From IMG/VR virus record IMGVR_UViG_3300009082_000016, positions 64,001 to 128,000 of that record: a stretch of 64,000 nt of DNA; one strand, given 5' to 3'. The translations under genes and the position numbers were made by a program. Source of the stretch: a virus. Below the pieces are notes generated by a model. It was not told the DNA's origin. It ran no database searches and worked only from the letters and a program-made list of their open reading frames with translations. This document shows, one piece after another, positions 57,004 through 64,000 of this stretch (within the stretch, counting starts at the first letter, position 1; each line of letters begins with the position of its first letter).

Positions 57004-59027
57004 AGGTCGATCAGCCTTCCTTTCTTCGGCGGCGGCTCCTGCTCGTGCTCGGGCTCATCCTGCTCGAAACTCGGGCCATAGTCGATTGCAACGAAGTCCG
57101 CTTTCACCCCTTGCACCTCGAGCGAACCCGAGATCTTGCCGGGTGGCACATAGTTCGGGGGGAAGTACTCCGCCGGCACGGCCGTCTTCTTGAAGATCTC
57201 CTTGTTGATCGCCGACGTGATCGTGTCCTTGGGCGGCACCACGAACGTCGAGAACGCCTTCTCCTTCAAGACGTCGAAACCGTTCAGAACGCTCGCGTCG
57301 TACCAATCGGCCAAGCTCTGTGAGTACATCCACAACTTGTTATCCCCGCGGTTGAGGCGCACTTCGCGATCGTCGCCGGGGGCTGAAGGCACCCAGTCCA
57401 ACGCGGGCTTCCACACCCACGGCTTGGCCCCCAGCACCCAGCTCCAGCCCGACGACGTGCCCCCCGCATCACCGGGGAACGGGTTGCTCGGGTTCACGCC
57501 GCCCCCCAGCCACCCCTTCGCATACGACTGCACCATCTGGAAGAAGGTGCCGCCGATGTCGAACTCCGCCAACCACTTCTCGAGCACGCCCTTCGGGATG
57601 GCAGCGTAGTTGCTGATACCTGGGCCGAGGTTGTTCACCACCAGTCGGCACCAGTTCAGGAACTTGACGGGGTGAATGTCCATCCGGTACACGTCCCGGA
57701 ACATCGCCCAGTAGAAGAGCGTCAAGACCCGGCGGTCGACGAAGACGGAAGACAACTTCATCACCCCTTCCACGACGTAGGAAACGGCGACCTCGTACGG
57801 CCCGTCGATCTTCACCTTTGGCCGGCGATGGAACGCCACGTTGTCGTAGCCGTCGTAGTCTTGCGTGCAGTCGTACCACTCGGTATGCAAAGACGCACCG
57901 CTCTCCACCGCCTTTGCCACTTCGCCCTTCCACTTGAGCCAGCGATCGATCAGCTCCGGAACCGAGAACCCGGTGACCAGCAGGGACTCGGTGTCCACCG
58001 ACTGCACCGAGTAGGTGATCAGGTCCATCAAGTCGACGGGCGTCGGGACGTCCGGCATCCCAAGCAGGTACTGGCAACGCTGCCAGAGCTCGTAGTGGCG
58101 CAGGCTGATGTTCCAGGTGTACTCGCGGATGTGCCCCAGCGAGTCCCGCCACCGGTACTCCAGGTTGTAGGTGCCCTCACCCAAGGGGGTGGGCTTGGCC
58201 AACAGGATGTGCGTCAGGAACAAACTGCCCGCGACTTCATCCACGTCGTCGGAGTCGCTGGTCCTCCACTCGTCGTAGACACTACGCAGCCACGAGAACG
58301 ACAGGTCCCGACTTCCCATGCCGCACGTCTGGCAATACTCGATCAGCGCGTAGACGAACTCGGGCTCGGGGGTGTTCGTGGCCCCGGACGACTTCACCCG
58401 GTTGTAGAAGGGCGCCACCTTCGGTGTCACCCACCCCACCGATGTGCCCGTCTTCTTGTGCTGGAACGCATTCCACAGCCCTAACAGCGAGTTCTTGGGC
58501 AGGTCACCCAGGCCGGTCATCCCACGGGAGACCGACTCCTTGACGAACTCGTCCACCAGCTGCTCCAGGTTCTCCGGGATCGTGCCGCCGAGCGCCTTCA
58601 TCATCGCCATCCGACCGGAGGTGATCGACTGCCAGAAGGCCTTCTTCGGGTTGTCGTCGATCGCGCCCCAGTCGGCGTCCGTCTGGTCACCGAGATTGAC
58701 GACCTCGTCCAGCTCCTCCATCGTCGGCAGGATCTTGCACTTCGAGTCGAGCCACAGGTGGAGATAGCTGATCTCAGTCCCAGACCCGGACATATCTGCC
58801 GTGTGGGTCAGCTGGTTCAGGACCGAGAGCGTGAACATCGGCCACTTCGCCTCGTACAAGCGGCACTCGACACGGCCGTAGGCGATCTTGCCATCGGGGA
58901 AGTGGACATGCGCCTCCTTCCCCGAGTTGAAGTAGGAGGCGAAGCGTGTGTCGAGCTTCTCGACCGAACGGCCCTCCTCCTTCATCTTGAGCAGGAGGGC
59001 CTGAAACTTGGACAACTCCAGGCCCAT
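57000..59027 (-). CDS. Large multidomain hypothetical protein (675 aa)
   Basis: AAAGGAGG SD; shares its C-terminal motif with the BRCT protein. Confidence 0.7.
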   Translation of the reverse strand: MGLELSKFQALLLKMKEEGRSVEKLDTRFASYFNSGKEAHVHFPDGKIAYGRVECRLYEAKWPMFTLSVLNQLTHTADMSGSGTEISYLHLWLDSKCKILPTMEELDEVVNLGDQTDADWGAIDDNPKKAFWQSITSGRMAMMKALGGTIPENLEQLVDEFVKESVSRGMTGLGDLPKNSLLGLWNAFQHKKTGTSVGWVTPKVAPFYNRVKSSGATNTPEPEFVYALIEYCQTCGMGSRDLSFSWLRSVYDEWRTSDSDDVDEVAGSLFLTHILLAKPTPLGEGTYNLEYRWRDSLGHIREYTWNISLRHYELWQRCQYLLGMPDVPTPVDLMDLITYSVQSVDTESLLVTGFSVPELIDRWLKWKGEVAKAVESGASLHTEWYDCTQDYDGYDNVAFHRRPKVKIDGPYEVAVSYVVEGVMKLSSVFVDRRVLTLFYWAMFRDVYRMDIHPVKFLNWCRLVVNNLGPGISNYAAIPKGVLEKWLAEFDIGGTFFQMVQSYAKGWLGGGVNPSNPFPGDAGGTSSGWSWVLGAKPWVWKPALDWVPSAPGDDREVRLNRGDNKLWMYSQSLADWYDASVLNGFDVLKEKAFSTFVVPPKDTITSAINKEIFKKTAVPAEYFPPNYVPPGKISGSLEVQGVKADFVAIDYGPSFEQDEPEHEQEPPPKKGRLIDL

Positions 59028-59039
59028 CGGCCCTCCTTT

Positions 59040-59654
59040 CTACATGCGCCTCCGGTCTTCCTGCATCGTGAGAGGCAGCACGGACACCCGTCCCTGGACG
59101 CGGGACCTGGTCTCCTCCGGCGGCCAGACCATCCAGGCGTAGGTCGTTGCGTCCGTGCCATGGAACTTGAAGCTGGGCCGGTTGGGCAGCACGTACAGGT
59201 CGGGCGGGTGCTCCCGTAGCAACGCGTTCCGTTGCAGACCCTCGAGGAAACCGACACGCAACAGGAGGGCGATCCACTCCGCCCGCTTGAACAGCATCTC
59301 CAGGATGCGCTGGGCCTGCCGGTACGGCGGGTTGGTGATGGCCACGTCGAACACCTGGAGAAACAACTGGCTCACCGCCAGGCTGCCGCATACGTCGGCG
59401 ACGAGCAGGCGGTCGCAGGGCGCCTTAGCCAGATCGTCCCGGTGGCTGGGATCGATCTCCACCGCGGTCCAGTGGATGGGGTCCTTCCGGACTTCGTTGA
59501 CCGCCCGGATGATCGCCCCCTTGCCGGCGCACGGCTCGAGCCATGCGCCCCCCGGCAGCTGCGGCACCGCCTCGAGCAGTCGGTGAACACACCATGCCGG
59601 CGTCTCGTAGAAGTCGTGCTCGTCCCGCTCCCTGCCCCTACCCGTCGCGGACAT
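59040..59654 (-). CDS. SAM-dependent DNA amino-methyltransferase (orphan)
   Basis: DFYETP, LEPCAGKGAI (motif I), ITNPPY (motif IV). Confidence 0.85.
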   Translation of the reverse strand: MSATGRGRERDEHDFYETPAWCVHRLLEAVPQLPGGAWLEPCAGKGAIIRAVNEVRKDPIHWTAVEIDPSHRDDLAKAPCDRLLVADVCGSLAVSQLFLQVFDVAITNPPYRQAQRILEMLFKRAEWIALLLRVGFLEGLQRNALLREHPPDLYVLPNRPSFKFHGTDATTYAWMVWPPEETRSRVQGRVSVLPLTMQEDRRRM

Positions 59655-59666
59655 CCGTCACCTCCA

Positions 59667-60065
59667 TCAGACCTTGCCCCGCATCGCCACCCCGAGGAAC
59701 TCGAGGGCCCGACGCAGCTGGAACCCGGACGCGTCCAGCCACGCCCGCTGGAACACGGTGAGTTGCTGGTTGCCCGCCACCTTGCCGGACAGGAACGCGC
59801 GGAAGTCCGTCTCCACGCCCGTGAGGGCCTCGTGGAAACCGGCCGCCTCGTCCAGCACCTCCTTCTGCCGGGCCAGCTCATCCTTCGTCGGCGGCTCGCC
59901 GGGGGGCAGGACCAGACGGGTGCCCAACAGGTCGTCGGTCACCACCTGGCGCATCGGGGAGTCGGACGGCAGCGGCGGGGGCGTCGGCTTGCGCTGTGCC
60001 TTCGCCCTCTTCGCCTTCTTCCCGCCCTGCATCTCCTTCTCGAGGTCATCGTATTCGTCAGCCAT
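59667..60065 (-). CDS. Hypothetical protein
   Basis: 132 aa. Confidence 0.55.
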   Translation of the reverse strand: MADEYDDLEKEMQGGKKAKRAKAQRKPTPPPLPSDSPMRQVVTDDLLGTRLVLPPGEPPTKDELARQKEVLDEAAGFHEALTGVETDFRAFLSGKVAGNQQLTVFQRAWLDASGFQLRRALEFLGVAMRGKV

Positions 60066-60579
60066 GTCGTTTTCGCGCCTCCATCAGCGCCTTCACTGCC
60101 AGCTTGCGGACGGACTCGAGCTCCGACCGCTTCGGAGGCCGCTTGCCCGTCACGCAGGCGATGAGGTCGCGCAGCGCCAGCTCGCCATCCCTCCGGCTTG
60201 CCTGCACCAGCACGCGTACTTCGCCGCTCGGGTCGGCATAAAGGTTGGCCCCCGAGGCGAGCATCTCGAGCCCGCCCTCGGGGTGCCACCGCGTCTGCAT
60301 GCCCGCCTTCTGGGCGGCACGCTCGATCTCAGAGAGGGTCATCGGGTTCCTGCGAGCGGTCGAGATCGCCCATCTGCGAGGCAATCTCTTCCCACATCGA
60401 ATACTGCGTGCTGTCGATCTCGTCGTCCCGGACAGCATCGAGTGTCAGGCCCTCGTGACTGCAACCGACGTGGACCTGGTCCTTCCCGCCCTCGCCGAGG
60501 CCTTCGACGATCACCTTCACGCTGTTGCGAGGAGAGGCGCCGAGCGGCTCCCCGTCGACGAGGACCTTCAACCGCACCA

Positions 60580-61500
60580 TCAGAGCTTCCTCCCGGCGAA
60601 CGACTCCCGGCCTGGCCACTTCTGAACCTTCGGGTAGAGCCGCGGGGCCTTCTTCGACAGCGGCTCCTGCCACACCAGGACCGGCAGCTGGGACCTGCCC
60701 AGCATGCCGACCCACAGCTCGCTCAGAACGTCCAGCGGCAGTACCGCCCGATCCGTCGACGCCCCGGTCTCGGGGTAGTTCGCCGCGGCGAGCGCCGTCT
60801 CGGGCGACGGCGCCACCACCACCTCGGCCATCATCCCCTTCGGTGACCGGGAGATCACCAGCCACTTCGGCGGCGCCTTCTCCGTCTGCGCCTTCTCCTC
60901 GGCCAAAGCGTCCGCGATGATCTTGTCGTACGCCTTCTTCTGGGCATCCGGCGTCGTCGCCGCCGCGACCATCAGCCCCTTGGCGTAGATGATCATGTTG
61001 GTCGACGACGTCAGCGGCCAGCAGTCGTGGACCCCGCGGTGCAGGAGCCGGTTCAGGACTTCCAACTTCCAGGCCGCGGACTCTTCACACAACGTGAGCA
61101 GCTTGTAGGTCGCCCCGATCCCGACCGTGCAGGCCGGGTCCAGGTTCTCGAAGAACCCGATCGCGTCACGGAACCGCTGCCCGTTGTTCCCAATGCGCCC
61201 CAGGAAACGGTCGAAGACCTCGCTCTCCCAGGTGTACGGATTGAGCGTCGGACCCAGGACCGAAAACGCGACGCGGCCGACTGCCAGGGTCCACATGACG
61301 GACTCGTCCCCCCGGCCCAGCTTGATCTCGCGGTCCTCTTCGTTCAACAGGGTGCCGTAGACCGACGCCCGACGCCGCGGGTCCGCGTGCAGAAGCGAAG
61401 GGAAGTAGCCCGCGCTCGCAATGCCGTACGGCCGGCGCACGAGCTGCTGGATGAAGGCCTCCACGAACTTGGGGTCCTGGACGTCGTCGAAGGTGCTCAT
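60580..61500 (-). CDS. Hypothetical protein
   Basis: MSTFDD start overlapping the upstream stop. Confidence 0.6.
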   Translation of the reverse strand: MSTFDDVQDPKFVEAFIQQLVRRPYGIASAGYFPSLLHADPRRRASVYGTLLNEEDREIKLGRGDESVMWTLAVGRVAFSVLGPTLNPYTWESEVFDRFLGRIGNNGQRFRDAIGFFENLDPACTVGIGATYKLLTLCEESAAWKLEVLNRLLHRGVHDCWPLTSSTNMIIYAKGLMVAAATTPDAQKKAYDKIIADALAEEKAQTEKAPPKWLVISRSPKGMMAEVVVAPSPETALAAANYPETGASTDRAVLPLDVLSELWVGMLGRSQLPVLVWQEPLSKKAPRLYPKVQKWPGRESFAGRKL

Positions 61501-61898
61501 CAGTGTTCCCCGGGGAGGAGGACGACCCAGACGGGCTCCCCACCGACCTCGCCCGGCTCGACCCAGAGCTTGATCTCCGGCAGATCGAAGTCGACGAAGT
61601 CGAACTTCTGCGTGACCACGGGCTTCTTGTCGCTGTCGGGGATGCAGGTCAGCAGCGCCGACTTGTTGGCCTTCACCTTCAGCTCCCAGACCTGGAAGTC
61701 CCGACACATCTCGTCCGCGGCCGCGGCCTTCTCGACCTGGCTGGCGATGGCGTTGATCAGCCAGAAGGCGCCATTCTTCCCGCCCTTCTCGGCGACGTAG
61801 TGCGCCCCGTCCGTGAGCACGACCTTGGGGAACAGCGGGCGCAGGCTGTAGTAGGCCTCCGTCCCGCAGAAGCCGTCGAGCGTCCTTTGGTCGATCAT
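61500..61898 (-). CDS. DUF6876-like protein
   Basis: FCGTEAYY...LTDGAHYVAE...FWLINAI...FQVWEL...DFDLPEIKLW...LLPGEH. Confidence 0.7.
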   Translation of the reverse strand: MIDQRTLDGFCGTEAYYSLRPLFPKVVLTDGAHYVAEKGGKNGAFWLINAIASQVEKAAAADEMCRDFQVWELKVKANKSALLTCIPDSDKKPVVTQKFDFVDFDLPEIKLWVEPGEVGGEPVWVVLLPGEH

Positions 61899-62614
61899 TC
61901 TGGTCCTCCTGCCTCCGGAGCCAGGCTTCCCGGCTCCTGGATGAACTGCCAGAGCAGCTCGCTGCAGACGACGATATCCGCGTCGCTGCCCTGGGGAAAG
62001 ACGTGGTAGCTCATGTTGCCCTGCCGGTCGGACCGCCACTCCATCCTGTCAAACAGCGGGTTGCCACCCCGATGCCGCAGGAAGTTGCGGTCGCCAGGGC
62101 CCAGGTGCATCCCCATGTTGTAGTCGAACCTGAGCCCGTTCGGCGTCCAGTCGGGCGTCGCCAGCCAACCTCGTCCAGGCACGTGGAACGACACCCGGAT
62201 GTTGAAGTACGTGGCCGGCGCGGACGAGTTGAAGTCGATGCACATCGCGTCGGGGATTTCGGCGTCGACCGGCGGGCAGCCCTGGCCCTTCAGCTCATCC
62301 AGCTTGTCCTCCGCTTGGCGCAGATCCCGCGAGCATCCATCCAGGTTGGCCTCGATGACGACGGTGGACCGCCGGCACTCGATGACGTCGTTCAGCGCCC
62401 GGAGATGGGCCGCCTTCAACTCTTCGACGCGCGTCTCGGCGACCGAACGCGCCGGCCGGCACTCGACAAACTGATCCCGGTACCGCTCCTTCTCCTGCGC
62501 GATCCGGGTCATGTCGCTGGAGACGAATCCCAACGCCACGCAGGTCAGCATCAGGCCGGAGCCGAAAAGCACGAGCGCCACGAACAGGATGTTGCGCTTC
62601 GTCTTGTCGATCAT
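61895..62614 (-). CDS. Membrane-anchored coiled-coil protein
   Basis: N-terminal TM helix followed by a Cys-containing coiled coil. Confidence 0.6.
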   Translation of the reverse strand: MIDKTKRNILFVALVLFGSGLMLTCVALGFVSSDMTRIAQEKERYRDQFVECRPARSVAETRVEELKAAHLRALNDVIECRRSTVVIEANLDGCSRDLRQAEDKLDELKGQGCPPVDAEIPDAMCIDFNSSAPATYFNIRVSFHVPGRGWLATPDWTPNGLRFDYNMGMHLGPGDRNFLRHRGGNPLFDRMEWRSDRQGNMSYHVFPQGSDADIVVCSELLWQFIQEPGSLAPEAGGPE

Positions 62615-62766
62615 GCGGGGTTGCGGAACACGCGCTTGCAGTCCGCACAGAGGAAGCGGTTGCGGGGCAGCGCCACCTCAACCCGCTTCCACTGCTTCTT
62701 CTGCGTTGCCTTCTGGATCGGCTTCCGCTCGGAGATGTTCTTGCTGCTACAGAACGGACATTTCAT
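62611..62766 (-). CDS. Small Zn-ribbon protein (51 aa, not in ORF track)
   Basis: MKCPFCSSKN...FLCADCKRVF, GGAG SD. Confidence 0.6.
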   Translation of the reverse strand: MKCPFCSSKNISERKPIQKATQKKQWKRVEVALPRNRFLCADCKRVFRNPA

Positions 62767-63014
62767 CGTCTGCTCCTCCTACTCGGTCGCATAGGCGTGT
62801 ACCAGCCGGCCGGCGCTGAACTGGAACACGACGAACATTCCCGGCCACGCCTCTTCGGGCTGCCAGGGCTTGCCTTCGCTGCCCACGGCAGCGCGATGCC
62901 GCTCGACATCATCGTTCTGGATGACGATATGCTCGCCGAGGCAGCCATGTGGGTGCTCCGTCAGGAACGGGATGTCCGCCCGCCGGAGCATCTCCATTAG
63001 CAGCTCACGATCGG

Positions 63015-63467
63015 TCATTCGTCCTCCAACTGGTACTCGCCGGGCGCCAGGCCAAGCATCCCGAAACGCTGCCAGAGCAGATCCAGGATGAGCTTGGCCG
63101 ACAAGACGGCCATCTTCTTGGTGGCTTCGGACATCTCTCCCCAGGTGGGGATCGTCCTGTTCCCACACTCGCTGCAGGCAACCACGTTGGCGGAATGGAC
63201 CAGAGCCGCGAACGTCTCGATGTGGGGCCAGTTGAACTCGACACTGTTGAACCGTCGCTCCCAGTAGGTCGCTGCCTCGTCCTCGATCTGCGGCTGGCTC
63301 CTGTCCTTCTCGGCCTGATCGAAGATGGCGGCCTCTTCCGACTTCACACGGAACTCGTACCGGTCGTCCGGCAACGGCGTCATCTCGAACCAGCAGCTGC
63401 GCCACAGGAGGTACTCGCACACGGCCCGGGCTCTCCGGGCCCCGACGATCACCTTGGTTCCTTCCAT
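63015..63467 (-). CDS. Hypothetical protein
   Basis: MEGTKV start overlapping the upstream stop. Confidence 0.5.
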   Translation of the reverse strand: MEGTKVIVGARRARAVCEYLLWRSCWFEMTPLPDDRYEFRVKSEEAAIFDQAEKDRSQPQIEDEAATYWERRFNSVEFNWPHIETFAALVHSANVVACSECGNRTIPTWGEMSEATKKMAVLSAKLILDLLWQRFGMLGLAPGEYQLEDE

Positions 63468-63982
63468 CAGCTCTTCAACCACCTTCCCTTGGAATCCCGG
63501 GGCCACTTCTTCATCTCCTCCCGCAGGGAGGACCGCTCGGCCTCCGTCATCGGGTAAAGCTGGCTCGACGAGATCCACGGCACGAGCGACTTCGGCCGCT
63601 TCAGCTCCCCCGTCCGGGTGTTGAAGAACGGCGGGCCTGGGTAGAGCTCAAGGTTGTGGTGGTTGTGCAACTCCACCGGCACGAGTATCTCGAGGTCTTC
63701 CTCGAACACCGGCCGCTCCACCGACCGCATCGCCGGCCGCACCAGCCAGATCGGGACCGCCTTGAGACCGCGGAACGAACGGCCTTCACCGTAGTAGGTA
63801 CTCACGCCCTCCCAGCGGACGCTGGCGCCCGTCACCGCGGCCCGGTAGTACAGGCTCTCCAGAAGCGGGACGCGCTTGATGGTGCGCTGATCCTTGTTTC
63901 GGTTCCCATCAACAGGCTGGTACTCGATCTCGATCCGGCCCCGGACCAGGACCACGTCACCGATTCGGAACTTCGGCTGCAT
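63467..63982 (-). CDS. Hypothetical protein
   Basis: MQPKFRIGDVV start, AAGGAGG SD. Confidence 0.6.
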   Translation of the reverse strand: MQPKFRIGDVVLVRGRIEIEYQPVDGNRNKDQRTIKRVPLLESLYYRAAVTGASVRWEGVSTYYGEGRSFRGLKAVPIWLVRPAMRSVERPVFEEDLEILVPVELHNHHNLELYPGPPFFNTRTGELKRPKSLVPWISSSQLYPMTEAERSSLREEMKKWPRDSKGRWLKS

Positions 63983-64000
63983 CAGACCTCCTTCCCTCAA

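Noticed and set aside
59040-59654. Complete restriction-modification system
   Set aside because: No neighbouring endonuclease motif recognised; treated as an orphan methyltransferase.
61895-62614. Spanin
   Set aside because: TM plus coiled coil fits an i-spanin, but no overlapping lipoprotein or neighbouring lysis genes were found.

Overview
GC-rich segment of a large (probably jumbo) contractile-tailed phage genome, transcribed almost entirely on the - strand. 1-24.7 kb: baseplate/tail genes (J-like wedge, gp25-like, hub-like, tape measure-like) with a sigma-70-family gene among them. 9.35-12.8 kb: an RNA-rich island with a complete tmRNA, a tRNA-like mini element and three unassigned highly structured non-coding regions. 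24.8-64 kb: about 70 small accessory genes (GroES, vWA, lysozyme-like, BRCT, DEDDh exonuclease, DNA methyltransferase, YkgJ-like, DUF3085 and others). The strongest candidate for a new system is at 51.4-53.2 kb. A stand-alone Cas7/RAMP-like gene and a translationally coupled partner gene are followed directly by three ~147-nt RNA cassettes. Each cassette has its own closing stem, shared scaffold hairpins and a variable core with a G every 5 nt (degenerate GGY-NN pentamers), suggesting a non-CRISPR programmable guide-RNA system. All protein family calls are by motif recognition only; no searches were run.
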